Origin: Chiloscyllium plagiosum
Taxonomy: Eukaryota
Direction: 5' to 3'
Assembly (NCBI RefSeq): GCF_004010195.1
Contig: NC_057756.1
Span: 1,825,703-1,889,702 of the forward strand
Length of the DNA stretch: 64,000 bases
Under the pieces are notes generated by a model. It worked only from the letters and a program-made list of their open reading frames with translations. It was not told where the DNA came from and made no database searches. Shown piece by piece: positions 12,940-26,970 of this stretch. How positions within the stretch are numbered: position 1 is the stretch's first letter; each line of letters begins with the position of its first letter. The position numbers and the translations under genes were made by a program.

Positions 12940-13560
12940 GAAAAAATAATGGGTATAACTCAATACTGTTTCGAAACTGAAGAGAATAGTGCATTATTTA
13001 ACTACTAAACAACTGTTCCAAAGTAGTAACAATCTGTAGATAACCTTTGATAAATCAGTAAAATAGTTTCTGTCAGGTGTTATTCTCCAGTCTAGGACGA
13101 AGGAACATGACAACAAAACTTCGGTATATATATATATATATATATGCAAAGAGCGAGACAGAGACAAAGACAAAGACAGAGACAGAAAAGAGAGAGAACT
13201 CAAGACATTTTTCACTGGAAGGAAGAGAGATATTACAGCTTCCAAATCCTAAGAGCTGCTGAAACCTAAACTAAACTCATAGTTCTTTTGGAGCTCGAAA
13301 CCACCCATGCATATAGCAGTTTTCGCTTGTCCAAGCATGAAGAAGACCTACCAGCTATTAACTTTATGGCTTGCAACAGACAGTTCTTTGTCACTGTCTC
13401 AACCTCTTGTTTGAGAAAACAGGAGAAATGCACTTCTTAATCCATAGTATTACCACAAAATTGTGGTGGAGTAACTAAGTAGCCCACCTTTTAATGTTTC
13501 AATCAGTTACAATTCCCATTATTTACCTGTATCTTCTAACTTTCCCTGGATAATGTTCAG
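12940..13560 (-). mobile_element. Degenerate LTR-like segment containing microsatellites
   Basis: Similar to 16620-16900 (ttatttaactactaaacaact vs ttacttaacgactaagcagcaact). Confidence 0.5.
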
Positions 13561-13689
13561 CTCTGCAAAAACAGATTTCATTGTCATTGTTGCATTATGA
13601 AAAATAGCTATGACATTCAATTAAACGGGTGCATCCCACTCCTGTATTGTGCAAAAAAACAGTCATTTTCCCCCCTTATTATACTCTTC

Positions 13690-14600
13690 GAGGTCTGAGA
13701 ATGTCGTACTCCCAATCAACCATTACCTATTAATTTGAGAGTATTGATTGTCTATGCTTCTGTATGCGAGCAACGAGTTACAGTTTAAGTTCCCGCCTAG
13801 AAAAAAAAACTACACAGCGTTCCCACATATCTGCTGCAATTTTTCATCATGCCCCATTTCTCTTGTATATTTAGCCAATAGACCGTTTTTTGTCTGTTTA
13901 TACACTCCGTCTAATTATTTTATTGACCAAGAATGAATGAGGATCTGCCCAGTATCAACGCAAATTGTTTTTAGGCTATTCTTTGGCTAGGCTTTCTCCG
14001 CCATTTAATTATGGTTTTGTATATTTCAGAGTCCTTAATCCGGTTTTCACTTCATTTTATCTTCTGATTTTCATTCCAGAAATGGCTGTTATATTCAAGT
14101 TTCTTTTTTTCTTGTTTTCAAACTTAGGATCCAATTTTATTCTGCAGTTGCTTTGTTGAAGCATAAATAAACCTCATTTGCTTTGCAAACTGCATCGCAT
14201 ATCTTGTGCAGTGCTGCCACATAATCACGGTTGTAAGTAAGTTTTGCATCTTGTCTACAGATATTGCATGTCCACACGCATCTGTAAATGCTAGTCAGGA
14301 TGATTTAGGATATCACCCACATGGTCCTGTGAGTGTTCATGTGATATTAAATTGTTTGTGAACCGAATTTAGTAAAATTTAGTCGGCTACAAGAAATAGC
14401 AGAATTGCATTCAACTCAATTAATGAAGTAATACCTTGAGATCTTCTGCAACCTGTCACTACCTTCAAGCCGGGAAATAACACTTGACAAGAAGAATGCA
14501 GTATTTTTTTTTTCAGGAACAGCAACGGCATTAATTAGATATGGGCATTGCTACCGACCGTAACAAACCAGCTGGAAATTTATCGGTGGATCTCCTAACT
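13690..14600 (-). mobile_element. Old CR1 fragment (endonuclease/linker region)
   Basis: Reverse-complement similarity to the CR1 linker at 57300-57900. Confidence 0.45.
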
Positions 14601-17600
14601 TTCATCTTCTTTAGAGCAAGGATGAGGAGTTGATCACCAAATATAAATCGAAAAGTTTTACTACGAGACTCAGAGCAAAACATGACATTCCGAGCTCTTT
14701 AAAATGGACAGTATTTTATACTATAGTTAAAGTACAAACCAAAGAACGAAGAATTTGTATCAATTTAACTCATTTGGCAAAACTAACAGAAAAATAGATG
14801 AAGAAACTACGAAACAGCCACTGTTAAAATTCAGTGACATCAAATAAAAGTATCCATGTCAAAGGTAAACTAAGTAAAATATATTTCCTCACATGTGATG
14901 TTGTCCATTCCAGAAGAAGAAACCAAACAAGAGTAATTATTGCAAAGAGAGAGACCACTTCAGCTTGCAACTACGATAGAGAAATGTGCAACACTTCCAC
15001 ATCCAGCTTCAAACCTCCAACAACTGAAAGCCATAATAAAACTCTCGTTCTGTGCGAGTTTGGCCATTCTATTCACGACTTTTCTAGAGTTGGAAATGTT
15101 TCTTTTTAACGCCTCACAAGCTGTTCCCTTTACTGACTATCAGCGCACTGCAGGACACATATGTTGCATTTACTCTAAGCACTCAGACAGTCTATTGCAT
15201 TTCCTTTCTTCCAACATTGAACACCTCTGTCTTTTTTGATCAAAGTCGTGACAAAACATCAGTATTACGTTTTGTCGTCCTGCCAGGTGTTTTTTTCTTT
15301 CCCTTTTAAAATTATTTGACCATAACAGTAAACTCAATTTCCACTGTTCGTTTTTTTTAAAAAATGTTTTTGTTTCAAAACGTTAAGTGGTAATGATCAG
15401 TGTGTCCTGTTGTCTGAAACATATTATTGGCAACATCAGTGTTCAAGTATTGCATCGTGAACAGCACCGTCAACGTCTACTTTTCAATGGTGAAAAACGT
15501 GTCTGTTCATAAACATTCATACTCTTGGAATGAAAAGGTATTTTATGTCCTTTTGTTTACAAAGGTTCAGCACCGACTTATCGCCTTCTTTGGGTCATTA
15601 GATGTGGCTAACAATGGATTGTTGATTAACTCAGCGTTCAAGTTGACAAATACCTTCATATATTTAGCAATCCATTGATTTTATTTTTCAATTCTATATA
15701 GAGTCAGTCAGTGGAGCAACCAAACTGCTAATTTTTTTCTCTAAAGTAATGGAATTTGTATATTAGAAACCTCTGGGTAGTGTTGACTATAATTTACCAA
15801 AATGGTCTTCAAAAGATAGATTCCACTGTTGCAATGATCCTTGCGATTCTGGGTAATACACCGATGGTTTGAATTGTTTTATTCCAAAGTTGTCCATAGC
15901 TAACTTGAGAAATTTTGAGTAATCAGTTCACCATTTTTTTCATTTTATTTCGGTTACAAGTCTGCTTCTGGTGAATAAAATTGAGTTAGTCTTTTTTAAA
16001 CCTTTCAGCCCTGATGTGACAGAGTACAATGGCCTCTGTAAGCCTAATGGACACATTTTGGTCACCGATTATTGATTTCCACGTTTTACTTTCAGATGTG
16101 GCTGACCGTGTTCAATTAAGAGTGATGTAGATATTTCTGCAGATGTTAGTATAGTTGTTAACGGTCCAGACTATTCTTTTTTCATATATTGACTTGAGTT
16201 TTCCTTGTTCCCAAATAACCTCATGCTGGTACCTCATATGCTCACCACAATACCTCCTTTCTATAACTAACCAGTAATGCAAGTTGATGTATTCTTATTA
16301 TGGTTTTATGCCTGAATATCTCGAACTCTTCATTTCCTCATTAAGACTTTATTGAAGATAGTGCCAATCTGAAATACTTTCGGATTCTTCTACTGTGTGT
16401 GTTTTTGTACAATTTCCTTTTATATGTTTGTTGTAATTCAAGGAGCTAGTCTAAATTTTTTACTTTCATCGTGTTTTCAGCCAACTGTAAGGCAGTGTTG
16501 CACATATCCTTTTAAAGGTCACACCACTAGGCTTTAAGCACATTGCACACTAATCCTACACTCCAATTAAATTAATAGAAAGGAAAGAACAATTGGTATA
16601 ATATAATCTACTGGAAAGCGTTATTGAACAATGGATTACTTAACGACTAAGCAGCAACTTCTCCAATATGGTACCGTCCCAGGAATGCAAGTTGAGAAGA
16701 ATAGATTGTGCTCCTGCAAGGTTTCTGAAATACTGGAGTAAAAGACACCAAAAGAAACTTCTGGCAGAGACAGAAGTCCAGTTTTCCTTTTTTGCCGTCG
16801 TGGAGAGATGTGTAACAGCTTGCACTGCCAACTCCAAAACTCCAACAACGGAGAGCTAAAGTAAAAGCTTGGTTCTGTGGAAGCCTCAGCAGGACTTTAC
16901 ATTTTTGTCTTCGAGCAGGCCAGTCTGCAGCTCGGTCGCAATATGTCTTCATTTTTAAAAAAATGCAAAATGCGTCTCTTAAAGCAATGCATTCGTCTCT
17001 CCCCCTTTTTCAAATACAAAGGTAGGCATCAATATATAAAGATGACTTCAGTTATGTAAAAAAAAAGTCACAGTTATTAGCACATTACCTTATATCTACA
17101 AAACATTGATTTAAACAGGCAAGAATTCAATATTAAAATTCAGTTAATCAATTTCTTCTGCCAGCAAATACCTTTGTCTTCCTTTGTCACAATGTCGAGA
17201 AGGCAACAACACAATCTCTCGTTCTGCTATGCTGCAATAATTAGCTACGCCTAAATAATCCAGACATTTTACACTTTTCTTTAAAATCATTAAAGATTTA
17301 TACTCAGTACATGGGATTACCTCAATCATTTTACCAGTAATACAAGTGCTGAAGCATTGCAAAGCCAACACAAAGCTCGAGTGCTCCATCACAACCGTGG
17401 ATATATTTATGTTGATTGTAAAGGTACTGGTTAAGTCTTTTCATCTTTTCACCGTTGTTTTGCAAGAGCACAGTACCAAAAACCACATCACTTGCCTCGA
17501 CAGCCACCTGGAAGGCGATGTCTCGTTAGATATTGCCAACACCAAAACAGTCGCCACAAAATTTCAGGCTGTCAAATGGCTTCTGATATTTTACTGTTCA

Positions 17601-17720
17601 CAGAATTGTGCGAAATTCTTCATCAGGTCAGATAGGAGAGAAAAAATAGCACGGAATTTGATACGAACTTTCGATTAAAAACACAGTTCCACGATTGTTG
17701 ATAATTCTCTTTAGATATGT
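14600..17720 (-). mobile_element. Decayed Gypsy (Gmr1-like) element(s): RNase H ~17100-17720, PPT ~16995-17010, LTR ~16500-16990, gag/pro remnants, LTR fragment ~14600-15250
   Basis: SFVLALQCF RNase H motif; purine tract upstream of the LTR on the - strand; 14977-15054 is homologous to 16803-16880. Confidence 0.65.
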
Positions 17721-17929
17721 AGTATGGGGAACTCAGCACTAACCGTTGTTTTCATATCCCGTGAAAGAGTATTTACGACACAAGACACATCCTTCTTATA
17801 GCAAAAGGAATACCAACACTTGCTATTCAATTGTGAGGTGATGATCTCTCAGTATTGTTGCTCGACTGTAAATCCCGAAACCTCGATAATGTTCTGTGGG
17901 CATAGTTTCAAATCCTGCCACTGGAGATA

Positions 17930-18870
17930 GAGGAGAAAGTAAGGAGTGCAGATGCTGGAGATCAGAGTTGAGAGTGGGAAAGCACAGCAGGTCAAGCAGA
18001 ACCCGAGGTGTAGGAGAATCTCCACTTTGGGAATAAGCCTTGAAGGAATGAGGCTTGTGGACTGGGGCTGAGACGTAAATGGACAGGGGGGTTGTTGGGG
18101 GGAAGGTAGCTGAGAAAGTGAGAGGTGGATGAAGGTGAGGAAGAAGGTGATAGGTAAAAGGGAAGAATGATGGACAGGGTCCAGAAGCTGGTGTCAAGAT
18201 GGACACTTCGGGCTGTGATAATGTTTAGGAGGGGTGAATGAGGAAACTGTTGAAATTCACATTTGTCCCGTGTTCTTACAGGGTACCAAGTTGGAATATG
18301 AGGCGTCCTTCATCCAGATATTGGATGTTAACGGTTTTGCAGTGGAGGAGGCCCAGAACCTGCATGTCCTTTAAGGAATGGGAGGGGGAGTTGAAGTGTT
18401 CAGCACAGGGTCGTTGGGGTTGGTGGATGCGCGTATTCCAAAGATGTTCTCTGAAACGATTTGCAAGAATGTGTCTTGTCTCCTCGATGTAGAGGCAACT
18501 ACACTGTGTGCAATCGATGTAATAGATAACATTGGTAGAGGTACAAGGAAATTTCTGAAGGATGTGGAAGGATCCCTTGGGGTCTTGTACGGAGGTGAGT
18601 GGAGTAGTGTGTGCGCAGGTTTTGCTCTTCCTGCGGTGGCAGGGAAAGATGCCAGGAGTGTGATGTGGGCTGTTGGGGGCATGGACCTGATGAGGGAGTA
18701 GCTGAGACAATGATATTGCCTCCAGAACACTGATAACGGTACGGAGGGAATCATATTCTGCCTTAGGACCCTGCAACCACATGTGATACATGTGGATTTC
18801 ATCAGCTTACACATTTCCCCTCCCCCTACATTATGCCAGTACAAGCCTCCAAATCGGCACTCAGCTCTGG
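17930..18870 (-). mobile_element. Penelope-like element 3' part (GIY-YIG endonuclease and pseudo-LTR)
   Basis: ORF 18276-18791 CTSTNVIYYIDCTQCSCLYIEET..LANRFREH; terminus similar to 48000-48164. Confidence 0.9.
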
Positions 18871-19489
18871 ACCTTGCCTTTGCTTTTTATAAAAAAAATC
18901 ATTTAGTGATAAACCTCAAGATATTAATGTGTATGTTTTAACAACGATCACATAATTGATATTCAGCGATCTGATGATAACATTCTCTTGTTGGTCATAT
19001 CTGTAAATTGTATTATCAATGCATCACTGCACACATTAGGCCAAAAGTCGATATTCGACAACAGTTGCTCTGTGTAGGCATCGACAGCTTAATTAAGCAA
19101 GGTATCACAAACAATGCTGAAAGTTGGCAATCATCAAACCTCTGAACTTCTGATATCAAAGAACAAAGTTCGTCACTTTATTAGGTGAAGCTGTTTGTGT
19201 TTAGGTCATTACTCTGAAAAGCAAAATTTCTGATAATGCTATCGCAGAATCTCTACTTCTGAGTCAGAATGATCTTTTACAGTTCCATCTTTCCCACCGA
19301 TATATAGATACAATTACATTTTGCTCATTCAGAACATACCTGCTCTGATAAAAATGACCGCTCTTGCACAATATTACTATTGCACTTATCATTTTGCCAG
19401 GAAACCTGCATTCAAATCCAACCTATTCCAACGATGTCTCAAAACTGAAATGATTGTCCTCCATTAAAATTAACCATCTTTCTTTGAGA

Positions 19490-19750
19490 TTGGAAAAATA
19501 AAACAAAAATATTGGATTAAAACACAACAGGTCTTGCACCATTCTTGGGAAGAAACCAGAGCTAACGTTTCGAATCCAACGATTCTTCATCAGAATTTTT
19601 TTAAATGTAGGAATTGTGAAATCTGAAATAGTTCTGAAGGAGGGTCACTTGATCCGAAACGCTAACTCTGATTTTCTTACGAGTTTCTAACAGACTTGCT
19701 GGTATTTTCCAGCAATTTCCGTTTTTGTTGGTGACTCTACATCACACCGT
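19490..19750. mobile_element. Degenerate palindromic Penelope-terminus-derived element with two opposed hammerhead-like motifs
   Basis: - strand 19561-19597 reads CTGATGA-a-GAATC(gttg)GATTC-GAAACGTT; + strand 19630-19668 reads CTGAAGG-a-GGGTC(actt)GATCC-GAAACG. Confidence 0.65.
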
Positions 19751-21454
19751 CCTTTCATTTTTTTTTTCAAATGACTTGTCTTGAAACAGTATCCCGACTC
19801 AAACTGTTTGCCAACTTTCCTGTATCTCAATTCCAGCTTTGTGGAATGACAGTTCTTACAACCAATATGAAGCGAGTGAATTTATCCATGCACACACCAA
19901 GGTTGCAGAACAGCTCAGTATAGGAAACCACGAAGCATAAATTATGCAGGAGTGCATCTTTGATTTACTTTGGATTATGACGAGTTAAATTAACATGCAC
20001 GACACGTTATGTAGGATAGATAACTGTTAAGTACGAACGTCTTTTGCAAACCAAAGAGAAAACATTCTTATTCTATCAAGAAATATTGAAAGTCATGAAC
20101 ATACCATTTATAGTACACTTACCCTTGTCCTTTTTGTTCAATTTTTTGCCTATTGTTAAAGTGACAAGATTGATGGATGTCGTTGTAGCCAGTTTGTCTT
20201 TATTGTTACTATTTTGCATTTACAGAATTATACGTTATTACACTAAAAGTCAGAGCATTTCATTTATGTTTAAATAAATTAGTCTTTCATCTCATGCACC
20301 GTCAGATCACTTATTTTATGCGTGTTTTTGCAGAATGGTTTGCGATCTCTGTCTCTTTTAAACTCCTGACATATCTGTGTGCCTCTTCAGTGAAATCTGA
20401 TTGCAATATCATGAGATTAGGCAAGCATGTTCCCGCATCGTACGTGTAGATGTTGACTATTATCTCTTTATCTGTGTCTTTTATTCTTATCTGAAAACCA
20501 AAATTTTAATTTGCATCAAATGCGTAATAAACAATACAGAACAACTGCTCTATTGCTCGCGTTCATAGAAATTTTCTGCTTCAATTTTAGAGATTTCTCA
20601 TTGATCAATATTCTGTTGATATGTCTGATTTGAATGTCACCAATTGTAGTCCTTTCTAAAATTCTTTCATTGCATAGCTTGAATAAAACTAATTTCAATA
20701 TTAGTGTTAATAATATTAATAGTAATAATAATAATAATTGAAGCATTTATTAATTATGCAATTTTTCTATGCAATATTTGCAATATAGGAAAATCCGGTC
20801 TTGTGTACAATTCAAAACGAAAATAAACATTGTGTAAACTCATTCTGTCTCTGAACAGTTGATGATTTCTGTAAATCTTCATATAATTTTGTCCTAAAAG
20901 ACACTGTAAGTGTTTCTTGGAAATTGACATTCATGCGAAATCTTCATTCGTGACAGTTCAGAACATTTTTGGTGTATGCAGTCTAAGGCTTTTTTTTAAA
21001 CTCAAGCCTGAACCAAATATGTTCAAATATTTTGTTATCAAGGGAAGGACAGTTTTCAGTTTGCAAATGGCAGTGATAGGTTTGCTGAGTTTACAATATC
21101 AACAGACAGTTTAAACCACTCCACAATTTTCATATTTTGTCCCACAGAGTAGTCTCAACTACAAAATCTAAAAAAGTAAATGTTCTGTTCTTAACTGACA
21201 AATTCAAGAACTTAGTGAAATAATCCTACTTTAGCATTTAATGTATAATTTTCAATTAACTTATTTGTATCCTGAGCAATTTGTTCACGCTTAATGTCAC
21301 AGATATTCACATTTCAAAGAATAGATCATCTCCAACTCTTACTATAAAGCTCAGTTTAGAGTACATGGTTATGAAGGGCAGTGGTACTCAATGATTAATG
21401 TTAATTAATGACAGTTGTCATCTGAGCAATGACAATCACATCATAATAAATTAT

Positions 21455-21690
21455 GAAAATTCCCCAAATAACTACAGGAATTATGATTATTTATGACTAA
21501 TGGTCGGGAAGCCAATGTCACGGAACAGGAAATTGACTATGTGTTGCAGATCAAATTTGATGATTATGCAAATGTGAGAATTTAGGGAAATTCCATTCAC
21601 ACATCAAATGGAATCAATATGGGAGAAGGTACATCAGAGCACATTATTCGTGAAAGTGAAGTGAATCGTGCAAAGTAGTGACGTCAGATG
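21455..21690. promoter_or_regulatory. Candidate lymphocyte/immune enhancer (motif cluster)
   Basis: Octamer ATGCAAAT 21566-21573; NF-kB GGGAAATTCC 21585-21594; near-kB site 21455-21465; two CAGGAA ETS cores; GAAAGTGAA IRF-like site ~21652; CRE TGACGTCA 21679-21686; E-box CAGATG. Confidence 0.45.
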
Positions 21691-22043
21691 ACTCTCAACA
21701 TAATTTTGTAAATTAAATGTCCTTCTTTAAAGAAAAGGTTGTTCGATCATGCAATGTTTAATGGTACTAAAATAATGATACATTCAAAAGATCTTTAATT
21801 ATTAGCCAATCGATCCATAAGGTATCCAGCATAAGATTTTTAAAAGATTAAAACAGTTGATTTTTTCGTAAATATTTGCAACACTGATAAACTTAAATTG
21901 ATTTATATTTGGCTGTAATTGCGTGACGTATCCTTGCTGAGATTCTGTTCAGTTTAGTTTTATGTCAGTTATTTTTTTCGAAGTTAATGTAGGACAATGT
22001 AGTACAGCATAAATTTATTCAATTCAGTATTTATTATCTTCGT

Positions 22044-23445
22044 TGTAATAACTGCTGAATGCATAATCTGTCCTGGATTATTCAATTTGAAGCTACATGA
22101 CTGCATTCCGATGGTTGGCTTTAAGTGGTGTACATTGTCTTGGTTTCATTTCAGAGAAATATTGAACGAAAAGTCCTGAGCAGTCTTTGGTACTGACAAC
22201 GGATTATGAGGTTTTCGTTAAATCTTAGACAAATGTAACAATGAAATTAGCCTGAATGGATGTAGACAGCTGTTGGACACCTGGTCCTTTACATTTTTTT
22301 TTTTACTTTTGAGTGGGCTGAAACTGCTGGGTTCTTGAAAATGTAGAAATGCTCTTCCCCTTTTCTCAGTTACACCTATAAGATGACATTTCTCTTCCTA
22401 AAATGTACTTTGCATGTGAGAAAATCTGAGCATTCAAATTGTATCTTCAACACTGTACTTTTGTCCTCCTTTAAAACAAGAAAACATATGCATTCTATTC
22501 TAATTTTTAAAAATATATTGAGGCGGGGGGGGGGGGGGGGGGGGTGCTCGGGGGAGGGTGGTCTATTCTGGTCCGTAACAAATTGAGGGATCCAGTACCA
22601 GGCTGGCTTTCAGATTATCGGATTCGAATATAGCGAGGGGTTAAGTGTAAATGCTTATTAAGTGCTGAATGTGTTTTTTTGTGAACATGGCACGTCTTTT
22701 TTGTGTTGCAATAGCTCTATAAGAAACGAGGAATGTCCTGGATATGGAAGAAATCACGTAGGGAGTTTTAGAGAAAAGTAGAAATACAAGACATTTGGAA
22801 TTGGCAAATTCAGCTGGTGTTAGGATTACATTTGTCCGTCCAAAAAGGCCTAGAAATTGCAGAAGAAAAGCTCGACAATAATGATTGCTAGAAATGCCAT
22901 CGGGGTCTTCAGAAATTCCTAGAATTCAATTGCATCAGAAGCAAAAGTAAAAAGTAAAGACCAAGGAGAATACAAAGAAAAGGAGTGTACATACCCCAAG
23001 CAGAAGAAAATCTAAGAGAGAGAATCAATTATAGAAGTTCACAATTAGAGGACAGAGGCAAAACAAATGATTGCATGTGAAAGTAGATGGTAGACTCAGT
23101 GAGGTGGATAATGATGGAGAGCAAAACCAGCATCAACAAAGCATGGTTGGGAATATGCTTGAATATATTGAAGTGTTGCCTAAACTTGAAGACAAGGATG
23201 GAGAAGACTCTCTCATTTAATTTGTGATCAGAGCAAAACAAGTGAATGTTCGATGACCATATGTGTATTATTAATAGAAAAATATTAGGTAGGTAGATCG
23301 GATGAAGTATTTCATCACTGTCAAAGAAGGTACCCAGGGATAATGATGAGAAAAACGCAGTTTTAAGTAAATCTGAGCTAGTACCAGAAGCCTACAGTAA
23401 AAGTCACAGGAATCTGAGGGGAGATCTTGGTCAAAGTTACTTTCA
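22044..23445 (+). mobile_element. Gypsy LTR (~22044-22580) and gag remnant
   Basis: LTR-type end GGTCCGTAACA; gag motif KNAVLSKSELVPEAYS. Confidence 0.7.
22525..22544. repeat. Poly-G run (20 nt)
   Basis: Direct reading; lies within an LTR end. Confidence 0.95.
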
Positions 23446-25260
23446 TAAAACCATAAGACCATATGACCATAAGACATAGAAGCAGAAATTAGGCATTTCA
23501 GCCCATTGCCATTCACTAATGGCTGAGAAGTTTCTTAATCTCATCCTCTTGCATTCTCTCCATAACTCGTCATCTCCTTAACAGTAAAGACCATATCTAT
23601 CTCTGTCTTAAATATAGTCAATAACGTGACCTCCGCAGTCTTCTGTCGCAGTGAATTCCATAGATTCAACATTCAATGTCTTAAAACGTTTATCCTTATC
23701 TTCGTTATAAAAAGGGCTTTGCCTTTGCTCTGAGGCGAAGCTCTGTAGTTCTACTTTCTCCCCCCAATGGAAACATCTTGTGAACAACCACTCCTTCCAG
23801 ACTCAGTGTTCTATAGGTCCCCCAACACCCTCATCCCCTAAAGCTCGTTACATAAACGCCCATCCTTCTAATGTATGCGTCCAGAACCAGAGTCCTCAAA
23901 CCTTCCCCAAATGTTTAGCTTTTCATTCCTGGGTCCCTTGTCATGTTACACCTCTGAACCTGCTCCGGGGCAATACATCCTTCCCCAGATATAGGGCCGA
24001 AAACTGCGCACATTATTCCAAAAGAGTTCTGACCAATGCTGTCTAACGCCTCAGAAGTACATCCCTACTTTTTTTGTTCAAGTAATCTCAACAATGCATT
24101 TACCATCCTCTAAAATGACTCAAGTTGCAAGTTTACATTGTTAGAATCCTGGACTAGAATTCCCAAGTCTCTTTGCACGTCAGACGTCTGGATTCTGTTC
24201 CCGTTTGTAAAATTACCCATGCTTCTATTCTTCTTAACAAAGTGTATGACCACACAATTGCTCAGGTTGTACTCCATCTCCCACTATTTTGTCCACTGTC
24301 CTAAACTGTCCAATTCAATTGGCAGCCTCCCCGCCTCGCCAATGCTACCTATTCATCTAACTATCATTTTATCATTGGCAAACGTTATCATAATTTCTCA
24401 GGTCCCTTGATCTAGATCATTAAAGTATAAAGTGAAAATGGTCCCAAGACTGCTCCTTGCCGCAAATCACTTCTCACCAGCTGCCATCCTGGAATAAAAG
24501 GCCGTTATCTACATTTTGTATTTACTGCCAATCTTCTGTCCACGCTAGCATAAATGCCTTCAAAATCATGGTACCTTATGTTACTCAGCAGTTTTCTTGA
24601 CTTGCAGATGGATAACATCAATTGATACTCCTTGATCTAATATGCTCGTTGCTTCCTCAAGGATTGGAGTGGAATTATCAGGCATGACCTCCACTTGACG
24701 AAACATGCTGACTTTGTCCCTTATTAACATATGCTTCCAAGTATTTAGAAATCTCAACGAAAAGCATACGCACAAAGGAAGTTAATCTATTTGGCCTGTA
24801 TTTTTCCATCTTTTGCCTTACTCTTTTTAAAGTAGGGGTAGCATGTCTGAAATATTTCAGTGCTCTGAGACTCACTCTGATTCTAGCGATTCTCGAAAGA
24901 CCACCTCTCAGGCCTCCACTATCTGTTCAGTTATCTCCTTTGGAACTCTGGGGTGTAGACTATGTGGTCCAGGTGATTTCCCCTCCTTCAGGCCATTCGG
25001 TTTTTCTAGTACCTTTTAGATATTGATGGCAACCATTCTCAGTACTGTCCACTGATTGTCTTGCAGTTTCGCAATATTGTTCATGTTTTCAACTGTGAAG
25101 ACTGACGCAAGTTATTTATTCAATTCCTCAGCCATTTCATTGTTCTCCACTAATATATTTTCACGTTATTCACCTGCAGCACAATTTCCGCCTTTGCATC
25201 TCTTCTGCCATTTATAATTGTGAAGGAACTCTTACAGTCTTCCCTTATGTTACTGGCTCG
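23446..25260 (-). mobile_element. CR1 LINE fragment inserted in a Gypsy element
   Basis: (CATAAGAC)-like tail at the left end; KYRPNRLTS RT-region remnant. Confidence 0.85.
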
Positions 25261-25745
25261 CTTTCTGAAACAGGTTTTTTTTTCTTGATATACGGATAAT
25301 GGCATTGAAAATTGATTAAACATATGGGGGTGTTCAATAAGTTTCTTCCTGAAGTAATTAGAACTCATTCGGAAGAATACAGAGTTGAACTGCAAAACTT
25401 GGAGTGGAAATGGCAGATGAGTACGAATTGATTTTCAAATCAATGTTTGGCTCCAAACATCAATCTTAATCTGTGAGAGATAGAAACTGGAGAAGAGAAA
25501 AGAAGATCTCAGTGGAAGTGGGAAAGAAAATTTAGTAAAAAGGTAAAAGAAATTCCTGATTGAAAAGGAGGAAATCATATCATTTGCTGTCATTGAAATG
25601 AAATGATGTCGTAGAGGTGGTGTATTAGGAAAAGTATTTGGAAGTTGGATGAGGGAAAACAGGAAACGCCCATGAGTTCTGCTGAAGTTGTAAAGCAAAG
25701 CACCGTGGAAGGCAAAGCACTGCAGTAGAAGATACAACCTCTTAT

Positions 25746-26970
25746 TTGAGTCATAGAGTCAGAGAGCTGCATAGCAGAGCATAAGACCTTCCAGTCCAAC
25801 TCCTTATGCCAAACAGTTGGCTTAAATTAATCTTGTCCCATTTTCCAAAATTTTCTTAATATCGCTCCAAACTCTTGGTGTTGCAATACTAATCTTGATA
25901 CCTTTAATATGTCGTATTTGTGCCAGACTGCACCAGACTGCACCACTTACTCTGGAAGCTCGTTCAATACACGCCCATCCTCTGTGAGAAAACGGTGATT
26001 TTTCGGTCCCTTTTAAATCTATTCGCTCTCACCTTAACCCTATTCCCTTTGGTTTAGACTCACCGCCCCCATATTCGGGGAAAAGATCTTGGCTACTCAC
26101 CCTTTCCATGACCCACATAATTTTATAAATCTTAATAATTCATTCTTCAGGCTCTGATGCGCCAGGGGAAAAAAATGCATCAGCCTACTTAGCCTCTTTC
26201 TGTAGGCGAAACCCTCCAAACATGGCAACATTCTTGTAGGTCTTTTCTGAATCGTTTCTAGTTTCTCAACATCATTCCTATCGTGGGAGAAAAGAATTTA
26301 GTGCACTGTTCAAAAAATGGCCTAAACAATGTCCTGGAAATCTCAACTCCGATTCTCAATGCATGAGTAAAGGTAAGCATCCCAAACAGTTTCTTCACAT
26401 TCCTATCTACCAACGACTCCACACCTGTGCAAATCTGAACCTCTACTCCAAGGTCGCTTTTTTGAGCAACAATCCAGAACAATTTATCATTTAGTGCGTA
26501 AGTGCTGCCCTGGTTTGCCTTTCTAAAATGCAGCACCTCACATTTCCCTAAACTAGAGACCATCTTCCACTCTAGGCCCAGTGCCCTATCTGATCAAGGT
26601 CTCCTTGTGCTCTAAGGTAATCCTTTTCGTTGTCCTCTACATTACCAACTTTAGTGTCATCTGCAACATAGCTATGTATACCACCAATGCCGGCATACAA
26701 ATATTTCATATAGGTGACAGAAAGCAGTGAAACTATCCCTGATCGTTGTGACACACAACTGATCACAGGCCTCCAGTCTGATAAAGAATCCTGCATTCCC
26801 TCTGTCTCCTATATTCCAGCCATTTCTGCATCAAAATGGATAGTTCTTGCAGTATTCCATTTGATCTCAACTTGTGAATCAGGCTACCATGTCAAACCTT
26901 GTGGAACGCCGTACTGAAGCTCTTGGAGATGTCGACTGCTCTGCCTTCGTCAATCCTCATCCTCACTTCA
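25746..26970 (-). mobile_element. CR1 LINE 3' fragment
   Basis: ADDTKVG and KCEVLHF motifs. Confidence 0.9.

Noticed and set aside
22525..22544. G20 run as a functional G-quadruplex element
   Set aside because: Likely slippage expansion of a short G tract present in related LTR ends
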